Notes: generated from the sequence alone by a model not told the origin. Positions 1 through 13,797 are shown, numbered from the stretch's first letter. The stretch: DNA of 64,000 nt from Eledone cirrhosa (GCA_964016885.1 OZ024741.1:228346001-228410000); one strand, 5' to 3'. A program made the numbers and translations.

Positions 1-1139
1 ATCTGCTGTTAACACCCTTCGAAGGGAGGGCTGGGATGCCGTGGCTAATGATGCGTAAACACGCATTAAGGCTACGGCACTTCCACGAATTCTTCACCGG
101 TCAACCGGTGTGGGACCCGTTTGTGAGACGAACCTTTCCCAGACTCGTCTCACTCACCGAGCTTCAATCCTGGGTCAAGTAAAGACCGAGAAAACTGGGC
201 GCCTGGCACACTGAGTGTGGCCAGGCGCTCACGGCCCTCTGGCAGGCGGACCCGGTTATCAGTGGAGACTCCACCGCGACATTCTATAGAGGGCTGGTAT
301 GCAGCAGGTGCGACGATGCCCTCGGAGAAGCCCTAGACATGGAGGAAGACGAACTGGCCAGCCTGTTCGGTAGGACATTCAGCCCGGGACCTATGGACAA
401 CTCCGAGAAGTCCCTGGCCTGGCAGTGCTACCGAGGGGCTCTACCCGTTCGAGAAAAGCTCTACAGACACGGGCGCCCGGGTAGGGACCCCGCCAAAAAG
501 ATCTGTCCCAGATGCATGTACGACGAGGAAACCGTTGCACACGCATTGGTACACTGCTAGGGCGTAGCCGATCTGTGGGGCTATGTCGAACGACTGCTTT
601 CACGGGTGGGACCGATCCTGTTGACCACCGAGGTCATTGTAACGATTAAGCCCCCCCCCTTCAAAAATGAAGGAGAGGCGGTGTTTCTGTGCGTAATAGC
701 CATGGTGAAAGAGGTTGTATGGTGGACGCGTCTGAAAGGACTGAGGTCAAGCACCTTTCTCTCTGGCCAACAACTGATCGTTTCTTCCGATATCATTTCG
801 GAAGAAGGATCAGGATGGAGAGAGAGGTGTTCAAACCCAGTCGTTTTTATGAAAGGTGGGTGAAAGTGGTGAGAATGGCCCGTGTGAATGGGCCTTCTCT
901 CTACATCAGCCTGTAGGTGGAAAAGAGGAAGGAACGAGGGAGCACCCTCTCTCTGTGCTCCCGAGGAGAAGGGGTTGCACACTTTTTTCGAGGGTGTGTG
1001 CGACCACCCCAAACCGCCCTATTGAGGACTTTATTGTTAATTTTATATTTGTTATTTGTTTTCTTTACACGCCCTTTTGTGTAAACTCCCCCTTGTATAT
1101 GTCCCCTTCTTTTGCGCCCTAGTGGCAATAAATAGAAAT
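1..1139 (+). mobile_element. Tx1/L1-clade non-LTR retrotransposon, 3' part (ORF2 C-terminus with zinc-binding CCHC region + 3' UTR), runs off the left edge
   Basis: Translates GGLGMPWLMMRKHALRL...SLAWQCYRGALPVR...CPRC...ETVAHALVHC, homologous to 6370-7245 and 61760-62635; ends GTGGCAATAAATAGAAA followed by (TCTA)n. Confidence 0.9.
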
Positions 1140-1160
1140 CTATCTATCTATCTATATATA

Positions 1161-1693
1161 CCACCGAGTCCATTGTCATGATCAAACCGTCACCCTCCTT
1201 CAAAAACGAAGGAGAGGCGGTTTTCCTTTGTGTGATAGCTATGGCGAAAGAGGTTGTATGGTGGCCAAGGTTGAAAGGGCTGAGGTCAGACACCTTTCTC
1301 TCCGGCCAACAACTGATTCTTTTTTTCAAATACCACTTTGGAAGAAGAATCAGGATGGAGAGAGAGGTGCTGTACCCCAGCAAGTTTTATGAAAGGTGGG
1401 TGAAAGTGGCGAGAATGGCCCGAGTGAATGGGCCTTCTCTCTATATCAGCCTGTAGGTTGAGGAAAAGGAGGAGGAGAGGAAAGGAGTACAAACTCTTCG
1501 TACACCTGGAGATGAGGGTTGCACAATTTTTCGGGGGTATGTGTTACCCATATAAACTATCTCCCCTATTGGGGAAAATCGACTAACTTTTTAAATTGCA
1601 TTTGTGATAACATTTTACACGTTTTTATTGTATGTAAACTTCCCCCTTTGTATTTGTCCCCTTCTTTTGTGCCCCCGTGGCTAATAAAGAAAC
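1161..1693 (+). mobile_element. 5'-truncated Tx1-clade copy (last ~100 codons of ORF2 + 3' UTR)
   Basis: Closely similar to 626-1137 (EGEAVFLCVIAMAKEVVWW...GPSLYISL*); ends GTGGCTAATAAAGAAAC then (TATC)n. Confidence 0.9.
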
Positions 1694-1694
1694 A

Positions 1695-1842
<148 letters not shown>

Positions 1843-2142
1843 TTTCTGTCTGACGCGTGAAACATCGTCGGTAAGATTTTTTCTAAATTTATATTCGAAA
1901 AACAGAACAAACTGTTTGAAAAAACATATTATTTTGTAGATTAACCCCCAAGCTGAATTGTCAGCTGGGTGGTAATCCAATTTTTCGCCCCTGTAGGGGC
2001 GAACATCTTATTTTAAAAGTTGTTTTAAAATATCAAATTTTACAAACTAAATAACTTGAACAACACAAGAACGCTGGAGAACGTCAATAGAGAAAAGAGA
2101 GAGAAAGAGGCAGATATTAACGTTATATCTGCTTCTGCTACT

Positions 2143-3582
2143 ATGGACGTCGTCATAGATACGACTGTCAACAAAGAGGAAAAAATGTTACCACTTGAAG
2201 ATTTTAAAATTTCTACCGTCGAACCGGAGAAAAATAAAAATAACACACAGGAAAACACAGAAATTAAACCTATTAACATACATACACATGAAAAAGACAT
2301 CAACAACTCCACAGATACATCTACGCATAATGTTTCACCTCGTCAAGGAACTGAGATTTTCAATACCGAGGCTAACAACGATAACAACAACAATAACAAC
2401 AACAGCAACACCACACAAAAAAGAAAATGTCTTTCGCCTAAACAGTGAACAAAAAACAAGATTTTATAAATCTTGATATCTCCAATGCAAGAGATATGCT
2501 CCAGCAAGGGAAAAAATTTGTAACTTTCAAAGAAAAAGGTGGGTTTAGAATTAACTCACCCCTTGAAATAAAGGAAGACACAATTCGCAGATCAGTCACC
2601 TTTAGGACTGTGTCAAATTCCACAAGAAAACCGACATTTGTTAGCCAAGCAGATATAGAAGCTACTTTCAAGGAAATTCTAGCAAATATCGATTTTCTCC
2701 AGCGAGGAAAACAGTACGGAAGTGTTTCCGTACTGTTTAAAAGCGAGGCACTCGCCCAACAATATTCTGTGACACCAATGGTGTCAAAAGCATACATCTG
2801 TTTCCCTACATACATGGAAAATAGGACACAAAAAAAAATATATATATATACCCCCAAACATTAACATCTGGTGGATCTTCGTAGAGCCAGAAACTGATAT
2901 TCGACAAACGTGGGCGGGTACTGATTTGGAGATTCTGTTGCAAATGAAACCGGAGAGAATCTCCAAAATACCCGAAAGAGTCGTCATCGATGATAACAAT
3001 AAAATAAACATTTCGGTAGAAGGACGAACATTTCATTGCTTTCGCTGTGGTAGCACAGCACACCTAAAAGCCTCTTGTCCACAAACACACAACAACAACA
3101 TCATTAAAAAAGCACTATTACTAACACCAACACCAAAAAAACCACCACCACCACAAGTACAACGACAGACGAAACGAGCAACCACACCAAAACAAACAGA
3201 CACTCAACCAACAACAGAAAAAACAGAGACAACACCTCTGAAGAACACAGCCCCACTCCATCCAACTCCATCAAACACTACCACAAACACACACACCGAT
3301 ATACCAACACCACAACCACACAACATACCCCTACCCCACACACCTGACGATGATTATTCATCGACGGATGAAGCTGCTTCTCGTTCTTTAAGTGAAGAAG
3401 AGGGAGAGCCGTGGAAATCTAAAAAACAAAAAAAGAGACACCACAAAACCCCCAAAACTCCAATCACCAACACCAACACACAACCACAGACACAAACAAC
3501 AACACAAACAACCCCACAGTCAAACATCCCCTATCAGTCAAACCAACACCAACACCACCCCAAACACAAGCACCCACCATAA
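2143..3582 (+). pseudogene. Tx1 ORF1 (gag-like, CX2CX4HX4C knuckle, Pro/Thr-rich tail), disrupted
   Basis: RGKQYGSVSVLF, VEGRTFHCFRCGSTAHLKASCP, W+poly-K motif; parallels family B ORF1 (RGQKYGTVDVFF, VEGRRPRCVVCGEGTHLRAFCP). Boundaries approximate. Confidence 0.85.
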
Positions 3583-3902
3583 AAAGAAAACTCCCGGACG
3601 AACAACAAATTAAAACAACACAACAAAAACACGGTGGAGTAGGAGGGCAAAACTTTCGTCAAGGCAGAATCGTCTCCACATCTTAAACCTATAAGGGTTT
3701 CTATGGAGACCTATAGTGACCTAAAAAATAAATTTTCACAGGACGTGGGCAACCCCTGCCAGAAACCCATCAACCACGTCCTGTTAAAATATTTCTTCAC
3801 CCCACCACTAGCACCCAAATGGAGATTGAACAACCCGATCTCCAGGAAACGAAAAGGTAAGTGCACCATTTCGCCCTTTTTCTTCAACTTTTCTTCACCA
3901 AC

Positions 3903-6900
3903 ATGGCTAGTTTACGAGGTGGAACCGTGAATGTGCGTGGCCTAGGGATGCCCTGGAAACATGGCCAACTTTTAAACGACCTTAGGTCACGCAGTATGGA
4001 TGTGATACCCATCACCGAGTCCAGGATTCACAACAGCAGCAACTAACCCCATCTTCGACGATTTTGAGATCTACGCATCTCTCTGTCAGCCATGAGGTGG
4101 AGGTGGATGGTTGTCATGTTTCGGAAGAACCTGGACGTCGAAATACAGCAAGTACACTTGAACACGGAGGGTAGACTAGTAGTCCTAGACGTGAACAGTA
4201 TTGTAGGTGGAGTCTTCAGACTGGTGGCCGTTTATGCCCCGACCGGATAATCGCAATAACGGCCAGACTTCTGTAAGCGTTTAGAGTCTTTTCTGGGAAC
4301 GTCTCGCTCCTTACTTTTAGTGGGGGACTGGAATGGTATCCTAGATGCACGATGGGACTATGTGGGAGCATGTCCCAGTAGAGCGGGGTGCAACAGCCTC
4401 AAAAGTTTAATCGGCCAATTCCAACTGGCCGATAGGTATCGACTGGATTTCCCGACTGCACCACAGTGGACGTGGGCAAACCGCAGCGGGACATCTAGAT
4501 CGTATTTAGATAGGTTCTTCATTAGAGAAAGGGACAAGGAGTTGTTAAGCTGTCCACGAATGCACATGGTTGCCTATTCAGATCACAAGTTAGTCGTCTG
4601 CTTAGTCAACCGTGATAGAATATATAGACAGAGACCCGGATACTGGAAGGTGAACGTCAACAATAGATGGTGGTACTCTCTCAAGAAAGTAATTAGAATA
4701 GAATCGATAGGGTATAGCAGAGAGTTAGCCTTAGAGAAAAACAGAATAGAAAGAGAACTAGTAGCCAAGGTAGAGGAGGCACTTAGAAGTGGCAACGCGG
4801 CTAGAGTGTTAGCATCGAGAAGGGCACTGGAGCAGTTCTTCGATGCGAAACACGAAGGCTGCGTGGTCAGAAGCAAAACACGTGCTCTAGGAAACGAAGG
4901 AGCGAAAGCTGTCAGCTGGGCCCGAGTGGCGGAGGCAAAAAGTGGCAACAAGTCCACGATTCGGTCTTTGAAAGACCAGAACGGACGCGTGCTACTTGAC
5001 CCCAAGCAAATGTGCGCGGCCTTTCAGCGGCACTTTGCGCGACTGTTTGAGCAGAACCACGGTGGGCCGAACGGAGCAATGGACGTTAGTTCATAACTCG
5101 ACGGCCTGCCGCGTCTCTCGAACACGGACGCCGAGTTCTGCGAAAGACCGATCACGGACACTGAGATTCGGGACGCTCTGGGTCGCTGCGGAAACGCAAG
5201 TCAACCGGTCTAGATGGTCTACCCTACGAGTTTTACATAGGCATGCCGGACTTGTTCTCTGGCGTCCTCGAAGCCGTCTACTGCAATTGACAGCAGAACG
5301 GGAGAATTCCCAGTTCTGCAGGCAAGGGCGTAGTAACGTTGATCAGGAAAGACGAGAACAAGGGGGACAACATTAACAACTTCAGGCCCATAACTCTGCT
5401 CAACACAGAGTTAAAGATTTTGGCCGAGGTGCTAGCGACGGGGTTGGCGCTTGTCGTCGAGAACCTGGTAGGGAAAGCGCAAACGTGTGCAATCCCGACC
5501 AGGTCCATACACGACAACCTCTACCTCATGCGATACATCATAGAGAGGGTGGGTAGTAAACCCGGCTTCGATGTGGCTCTGATCAACTTGGATCAGTCTA
5601 AGGCATTCGATAGGGTCGACCATCGATACTTGGAAGCGGTTCTCAAGGCGGCCGGTTTCGGTCCCGTGTTCAGATGATGGATCGAGGCGATGCACACCAG
5701 CATCTGCTCGAAGGTCAAGGATAAACGGCTACCTATCGGAGCCGTTCGCAATCACGCGTTCCATTCGACAGGGATGCCCTCTCTCCTCCATTCTGTATGT
5801 ATTGACTCTAGAGCCACTACTGCGGAAATTGGAGCTGCTGCAGGGCATCCCTCTAGAACCGGGACTGCACAAAGCCGCGTCGGCTTATGCCGACGAACTG
5901 AAGGTAATGGTGTCGAGCACCTGGGAAATCGGGGTGACCTGCAACTTACTGAAAGAATACGAAACGCTGACGGGAGCAAAACTAAACCCGGACAAGTCTG
6001 TCGGTTTGCAACTCGGTACGTGGAGAGGCAAACCGATGACGTCTGACAGCGTGGTTGGACGCTGGACGGACGGACCGGTAAAATTGCTCGGGGTTTGGTT
6101 CGGCCCAGACCTCCAGGTGGAGAAAAACTGGAACGAGGTCACGGCCAAAGTGTTTGCACTCACCCAGAAGTGGGCAGAGTGCAAACTGTCCTTGAAAGGT
6201 CGAGAAGAGGTTGCGAACGCTTTCATAGCGTCCGTCATCTACTATCGCTTGACTGTCATGCCTTGTCTCCGTGAACAACTCGCCAAGATGGAACGTATGC
6301 TCTTCCAGTTTGTGTAGAAGAAGCAGGCTCCGCTGGTGAGGGGATCCGTCTGCTATCAGCACCCTTCCAACGGAGGGCTGGGAATGCCGTGGCTGATGAT
6401 GCGCAAACATGCGCTGAGGCTGCAGCATCTCCAGGTATTCCTCACCAGTGTGGGCACCGTTTGTGAGACAGGCTTTCCCGCAGCTTGTCTCGCTGACGGA
6501 GATGCAGTCCTGGGTCAAGAAAAGACCGAAAATGATGGGCGCCTGGCACATTGAATGCGCTCAGGCGCTCACAGTTCTCTGGCAAGCAGGCGCAGCAATA
6601 AGTGGAGACTCCACTTCGACATTCTATAGAGGGATTGAACGTTACAAGGGCGACGACGTACTCGGAGAGACTCTGGGCGTCGAAGACAATGAGCTCACCA
6701 GTCTGTTTGGTAGGACTTTTCTCCCGGGACCTATGGACAACTTCCTGAGGTCCCTGGCCTGGCAGTGCTACTGTGGAGCTCTACCGGTTCGTGACCAGAT
6801 CTACAGGCACGTACCTTCCAAGAGGACGTGTCCAAGATGCGCGCAGGACATTGAAACAGTCCTGCACGCAATTGTACACTGCCCTGGCGTAACCGACCTG

Positions 6901-7245
6901 TGGAACTATGCAGAACAACTGCTGTCGCGTATGGGACAAATCCAGTTGACTGCCGAGTCCATAGTAAGCATCGAACCGCCAGCCTCTTTCAAAAACGAAA
7001 GAGAGGCGGTTTTCCTCTGTACAGTGGCTATGGTGAAATAAGTTATATGGTGGACGAGGTTGAGAGGACTGAGGACAGATGCCTTTCTCTCCGGACAACA
7101 ATTGATTCCCTTCTTTAAGTATCACTTTAGAAGGAGAATCAGAGTGTAGAGAGAAGCACTGCACTCCAGTAAATTTACTGAAAGGTGGGTGAATGAAGCG
7201 AAAATGGCTCGAGTGATTAGGCCTTCTCTGTTTATAAGCTTGTAG
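3903..7245 (+). pseudogene. Tx1 ORF2: apurinic-like endonuclease + reverse transcriptase + CCHC, many stops/frameshifts
   Basis: NVRGL, GDWN, YLDRFF, SDH (APE); FRPITLLN, LDQSKAFDRVDH, AYADE (degenerate YADD), KLLG (RT); CPRC...HAIVHC. Confidence 0.95.
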
Positions 7246-7546
7246 GTTAAAGAAGAGAGCAAAAGGAAGAATGGAACACTTGCACAACACGCTCCTGGAA
7301 TTGAGGGTTGTTCTATCGACGGGGTATTAAACAACCCATATGTAGCGCTTCCCCCCTATTGGAGATTTCGATTGTTGTAATTGTTTTTTTATATTTTTTT
7401 TACACGACTGTATGTAAAATCCCCGACATGTGTCCTTGTATTGTCCCCTTTTCTTGTGCGCCCTTGTGGCAAATAAAAAATATATCTATCTGTCCGTCTA
7501 TCTGTCTGTCTTTCTTTCTTTCTCTCAATCTATCTATCACTTTCAC

Positions 7547-7550
<4 letters not shown>

Positions 7551-7606
<56 letters not shown>

Positions 7607-8140
7607 CTCTCTCTCTCTCTCTCCCCCTCTCTCTCTCTCTTTCGTTCTTTCTTTCTTTCATCTTACTCAAACCAGGAACTTTCCCAAAGAAATATGAAAC
7701 CAAAAGTGACAGACAAAGAAGAATTTCACAGTCTAATGATAGCATGTGTAAGATCAATACTATATTTGGGTTAGCACTGATGTGGGGCGGGGTAGCGGTG
7801 GTGGGGTGGTGGTGCTCTTGCTATTGTGGTTGTTGTTGTTGGTGGTGGTAGTGGTGGTGGTGGTGGTGGCTGTGACTGTTGTTGGTGGTAGTGGTGGTGG
7901 CTGGCGGTGGTGTCGGTGTTGTTTTTTGTGGTTGGTGGTCGTCGTTGTCGTTGCTGTTGTTGGTGGTGGTAGTGGTGGTGGTGGTATCGGCGTTGTTGTT
8001 GGTGGTGGTTGTGGTGGCTGGTGGTGGTCGTCGCCGTTGATGTTGTTGTTGGTGGTGGTAGTAGTGATGGTGGTGTTGGTGTTGGTGTTGGTTGTGGTGG
8101 TTGTGGTTGTGACCGTGGAGTTGGTGATGCTGGTGATGAG
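7551..8140. repeat. (TC)n tract (7551-7640) and degenerate (GGT/GTT)n low-complexity tract (7790-8140)
   Basis: Direct reading. Confidence 0.9.
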
Positions 8141-8875
8141 ATTGAAGGAAGCAGTGTCTATTATACTCTTTTTTTCTTTACTCGTTTCAGACTTTTAGAC
8201 TGTGGTCATATTTCCAGCCCCATCTTCAGTATCATCGACGGTAAAAATTGGTCAAATTAGTAGAGCGGCGCACAAAACTACAATATAATGGCAGAATTGT
8301 TAAGGTGTCGGACAAATCGAAGTAAATAGTAATCTATTTTTAACATGAGTTCAAATGCGACCTATATTGACTTTTACTTTTACTAAGAAACAATTAACTA
8401 TTGGTATGGGTGATTAAAATCATCCTTATCCACCACCAGCCCCTACACGCACCCTCATTAAAAATAAATATATGGCCTTGAGTTCGTGTTAGAACCCAAA
8501 TATCAACATTGTTTAATATTCAAGCACAAACATACCCAGATACACAAACACATACGCATACATGCAGACAGATAGACACATACACACATGCACATGCACA
8601 CGCACATACATCCTTCCACACACACACACACACACGCAATTACATATACTCATACATACACACATACATATGTAGTTGAACAAGGTTAAGAGACATATTC
8701 CATCCGACATTTTCAAAATCCTCATCTAGACATTTTCTGACGTGTAACCTATCTGTTCACCTGAACTTAAAACCCCCAAATATAAACAGTCTCTGAGATC
8801 TTATTACCATCTTTAATTTAGTATCTACTTTTCTTCTTCTTTTGTTATCCCCCAGTGCCTTATTATATTCTATTA

Positions 8876-9305
8876 TAAGGGCAGTGAGCGCAGTGGATTG
8901 ACAGTGTCGTTAGAGCATCGGACAACATGCTTTGCGACATAGAGTTACGGTCCTTTCCGTTCTGAGTTCAAATCTCGCCGAGGTTAGCTTTCTTTTTCAC
9001 CCTTAAGGGGTCGATAAAATAAAGTACCAGTAATATACTGGTTCGATATAATGGACATTCTCCGCCCCAAACCTGTTAGTCATGTACCTAAATTAGAAAC
9101 CACTATAAGGGCAGTGGATTTGTAGAGTCATTTGAGCGTCGAAAAAAGGCTTAGAAGTATTTGTTCCAGCCCTTACTTTGTAAGTTCAAATCCTGTCGAG
9201 GTAAACTCTTCCTTTTATCCTTCCGGGGTTGATAAAATAAAGTCCCAGTCAAGTACTTGAGTCTGTATAATTGACAGTCCCTTCCCCACAATTAGAAACC
9301 ATAAT
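8876..9305 (+). mobile_element. Two tandem tRNA-derived SINEs (dominant family); a more decayed copy lies at ~8285-8497
   Basis: A-box-like head, B box GAGTTCAAATC, central TTTCATCCTT..GGGGTCGATAAAATAAAGTACCAG (resembles the Nin/Deu SINE central domain), tail ...TTAGAAAC. Confidence 0.85.
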
Positions 9306-9329
9306 TTTATTCTTATAATATTGGTCTTT

Positions 9330-9520
9330 AAAGGCGCGTGGCTTACTGGTTAGGCTGTTCAGCTAACAATCGTGAGTTCGATACGGGCAGTATGCTGTGT
9401 CCTTAAGAAAGACACTTTATTTCACTTCTCTCCATTCTGCTGCTGAAAATGAGTTGTATTTGTAATTCAAAAGGCTAGCCTTATCATGCTGGATCTCTCT
9501 CAGAACTAGCGGGTTTGATC
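9330..9520 (+). mobile_element. tRNA-derived SINE of a second family (CORE-like GTGTCCTTRAGMAAGACACTTTATTTCA)
   Basis: GCGTGGCTTACTGGTTAGG A box, GAGTTCGATAC B box; same core at 19636-19662 and 21584-21610. Confidence 0.7.
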
Positions 9521-9685
9521 CTATTGCGTGGCATATTGTGTAAGTGGCATTTAGCACAGTCTCCGGTCAACCCATGTCTGGATTAGTGAAACTGGGTAGA
9601 CGGATTATTTTTCTTCAATTCTCCTCTTATCATATATTTCCCACTCTTCACTATTTGCACTTCACCAATATCTAATCTTCAACAC

Positions 9686-11034
9686 CAGAGGTCCCCAACC
9701 TTTTTGTATGAAAGGGCCACATTAACATTCCAAATTTAGATGAGGGCTGCATATTAAAATTATCCATACCATTGAAGACAGTTTACATATTTATGATGAC
9801 AGACTTGCATTGAAAATAGCCGCATTTTCAATCAAAAGTCGTTCGACACATTTTTTCCGAGAAAGTCTTTTGAAGTCTGTCGCGTTATCTATATGTTGAA
9901 TAATATAGAGAAAAACACAGACACACACACGCACACACACGTTTTTTTTTTATCCTTTTTGAAGTTGCATTGCCTTTATGTTGAATTTTTCTACATACAC
10001 ATATATATAAATGAAGTATTTCCGTCGGAAAGGTGCAGGAAAAAAGAGTGCTCTACGTAGGCTACAGAGCTTATTAGTTATGTAATAAACAACATAAGAT
10101 GATTATTTCATTTACCAGTGGTTTCTTGAAGGCAGATGTTTTGTCTGTCTTCAGTCGTCAGAATGAATAAATAACATGGTGTTTTTATTAAATATGGATT
10201 TGAAAACAAAATTTAGGAAATATGAAAGTGAGGCTGAAAAGACGGGCAAAAAGGAACTAGGGGAAAAAAATATATAAATAAATATCCAGAACATAAACAT
10301 ACACACACTCAACCACGCGCATATACGTAATAGTACGAAGACGTATACTTTCTCACATAAGCGTATTTGCGTCTACATGGAAATACGAACAGGAGCATAA
10401 ATACTTACACATACATATACACAAATATATATGCACTCAAATATGTACACACAAATATACACACACACATATAAAAAGGGGGAATACACACACATATATA
10501 CATACATACAAACACAAAAAACACAAAAACAAAAAGCTCTATACATACGCGCACGTGTATATACATATACACACATATATATATATACACACACGTACAC
10601 ATACATACCCATACACACATATATACACGCATACACATACACACATATATATATACATATATATATATGATAATAATGGAGCTGCGGCGTTGCAAATGGG
10701 TTACATATGAAAAAGTTTGTCCTTCATCAGTGGTCTTCCAACCGTCATAGGCATTTCATCGCTTTAAAGACCATATACCTCAGGTTGGTGCGAGCAACGG
10801 CTAAAAAAAGTCGTTGGGACACGTAAATAAAGGGCACGCTAGGGTAAACAAACAAAATGGTTTAAGCAACAGAAAGTGATGAAGAAAGAGACAAGTCCCA
10901 GATTTCTATGAATATAAATTCGGTGAAATATATATACACATACACATACATACATATACATACATATATATATATGAAATGTGACGGACATCAGAGGGGG
11001 CGAGAGACAGAGAAACAGGTTTGCTTTTACGATA

Positions 11035-11084
<50 letters not shown>

Positions 11085-11292
11085 ATACTAATACTACTAA
11101 TACTTTGCAAAGTAGATTGAATTTATATAGAAATAGGCGCAAAGATTTGAAAGAGCAAAAAATCCTGCCATGCAGTTGCTGGCTACATTCAATCTGCTGG
11201 ATAAGAGCATAATTCTTATCTTGTTCTGAGGCCCACACTAAATATTCTTAAGGGTCGCATACGGCCCTAGGGCCACAGGCTGGGGATCCCTG
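9686..11292. mobile_element. Non-autonomous hAT (Charlie-like) DNA transposon with nested insertions
   Basis: TIRs CAGAGGTCCCCAACCT / AGGCTGGGGATCCCTG; 8-bp TSD TTCAACAC (9678-9685) / TTCTACAC (11293-11300). Confidence 0.8.
10103..10170 (-). ncRNA. Type I hammerhead ribozyme, intact core
   Basis: Minus strand: TTATTCATT-CTGACGA-ctgaagacaga caaaaca tctgccttcaa-GAAA-CC ACT GG-TA-AATGAAATAA; stems I, II and III all form. Confidence 0.85.
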
Positions 11293-11502
11293 TTCTACAC
11301 CATTCTTCACCTACATCTCCTTAGGTCCTAAGTTCAAATTAAATCGTGGTCTACTTTTCCTTCGTTCTACCATTGGACTTATATTGTTTTTGTATGTATA
11401 ACGTTCGTCATTCATTGTTCAGTCTAAAAAAAATAACATATGCCACCATGGTCTTTTCTTCCCCCCTCCTCCTTATCCCCATCCCCCCTCATCCCCCTCC
11501 TC

Positions 11503-11600
11503 CTCTTCTTCTTCTTCTTCTTCTTCTTCTTCTTCTTCTTCTTCTTCTTCTTCTTCTTCTTCTTCTTCTTCTTCTTCTTCTTCTTCTTCTTCTTCTTCTT

Positions 11601-11639
<39 letters not shown>

Positions 11640-11660
11640 ATAATAATAATAATAATACCA

Positions 11661-11751
<91 letters not shown>

Positions 11752-11878
11752 CTTTTGTTTCTTTTTCCCTTTTATTTTTGGTGGAAGTTACTGTTATCAA
11801 TTTTACTATAAGGGTCATAACAGCAACAAATTATAGAGCTCTACCTTCTCATCCACCCTCACCTTCTCTACCACCCCC

Positions 11879-11936
<58 letters not shown>

Positions 11937-11975
11937 CATTACCATCATCATTGTCATCATCATCATCATCATCAT
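11503..11975. repeat. Compound microsatellites (TTC)n, (CTA)n, (TAA)n, (CAT)n
   Basis: Direct reading. Confidence 0.97.
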
Positions 11976-12089
11976 CTTCTAAGTGCCCTTCACGATACTT
12001 GTTTTTTTGGTATATACCCAGCACATACCACCGCACACCACTTCACTACTACACAACACCACATCAGAAACCATTACCACACCAATGCA

Positions 12090-12553
12090 CTACACCACAC
12101 ATCAGACCACACCACCACACCACACCACACCACACATCAGACCACCACACCACACCACACCACACCACACCACACCACACCACACCACACCACACATCAG
12201 ACCACACCACACATCAGACCACACCACCACACCACACCACACCACACCACACCACACCACACCACACATCAGACCACACCACACATCAGACCACACCACC
12301 ACACCACACCACACCACACCACACCACACCACACCACACATCAGACCACACCACACATCAGACCACACCACCACACCACACCACACCACACCACACCACA
12401 CATCAGACCACCACACCACACCACACCACACCACACCACACATCAGACCACCACACCACACCACACCACACCACACCACCAGACCACACCACCACACCAC
12501 ACCACACCACACCACACCACACCACACATCAGACCACCACACCACACCACACC
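12090..12553. repeat. (CACAC)n pentanucleotide array with periodic ATCAGAC interruptions (higher-order minisatellite)
   Basis: Direct reading. Confidence 0.95.
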
Positions 12554-12750
12554 GGTCAATCGACATTCTACACTCAACAAAACACACCCAAGGCAAGGCA
12601 GGGTATGGGGATATAATTGTTGACAATTTTCATATTTTAGATGGAGTAGGATGTTTGACGTATATGAGCATATTTATACACCCCCCCCCCCCCCCACACC
12701 CCCACACCCCCACACACACATATATGTATGCACACACACACACACGCACG

Positions 12751-12781
<31 letters not shown>

Positions 12782-13065
12782 GTATGTTTATATTTAAGTA
12801 TATATATATATATATATATGTTTTTTTATAAGTATATATATATATCCTCACACGCACACACACACATATATATGTGTGTGTGTATATACATATATACATG
12901 TATGTGTATGTATAATTTTATATATATATATGTATATATATACATATATATATATATATGAGTGTATGCATGTGTGTGTATGTGTGTGAGTGGATGTGTA
13001 ATAAACCTATTAATTTCCATCAACATAATTTTGCTCGCCTGTCAACTTATCAACCACTACTTCAA

Positions 13066-13156
<91 letters not shown>

Positions 13157-13694
13157 GTTTTTCTTCTTCGTGTTGCTGTTACTGTTGCTATTGTGGCTGC
13201 TCGATGTTCAAATTCTGGCATAGTTGAATTCCTCGTAATCTTGCACTGTGAGTTCAAATCCTAGCAAAATTAACTTTCCCTTGTATCCTTCCTAGGCCAA
13301 TGAATAGAGAAACATTGTACGTCCCGTGAGTTTGAACCGTAGCCATATCTCTTTCTTCGAATTAATATCCCAACACCAATACCAGCACTATGACCATCTA
13401 TCCCACCAACCTGACCACTACAACTACAACGCACATCCTCAACATAGCAATGATTACATCTCAAAGACGAGACTGCTCTCCAAAACCAGAAAGTACTTCA
13501 ACCCCTTATAAAACTTAGATGGGCCTAGACAGAAAACGAGAAGAGAAAATAAACCAATCGATACGAGCCTACGATTTTGAGGGATCCAATTTCTTCTAGT
13601 TCATTTATTCTTTTCTGTTATTTGTGAGAGCACCCTGGACATTACACGTACATGCATACACCTGCAAGCCATGCATAGATCATTATATTTAGTA

Positions 13695-13797
13695 CGAGGT
13701 TGACTTTGCCTTTCATCCTTACGCGGTCGATAAAATAAAGTACCAGTAATGCACTGGGTAATTGCTGGCCTTGTGCCTAAAGTAGAAACAATTATAT
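13695..13797 (+). mobile_element. 5'-truncated SINE (dominant family)
   Basis: GAGGTTGACTTTGCCTTTCATCCTTAC...GGCCTTGTGCCTAAAGTAGAAACAATTATTA. Confidence 0.85.

Larger units (their letters stand above)
1846..7480 (+). mobile_element. Full-length, decayed Tx1/L1-clade element (family A)
   Basis: 5' UTR, ORF1 with zinc knuckle, ORF2 APE-RT-CCHC, 3' UTR ending CCTTGTGGCAAATAAAAAA, with TATC-type repeats on both sides. Confidence 0.92.

Noticed and set aside
8876-9305. tRNA genes
   Set aside because: The A/B boxes belong to SINE heads; no complete cloverleaf.
10690-10740. CTGATGA on the minus strand as a hammerhead
   Set aside because: No matching stem II closure or GAAA found.
12090-12553. CRISPR-like repeat-spacer array
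   Set aside because: No unique spacers; simple-sequence array in eukaryotic DNA; no cas genes.
11346-12831. Long ORFs rich in Leu/His/Thr/Pro
   Set aside because: Translations of microsatellites, open in several frames; no domain content.
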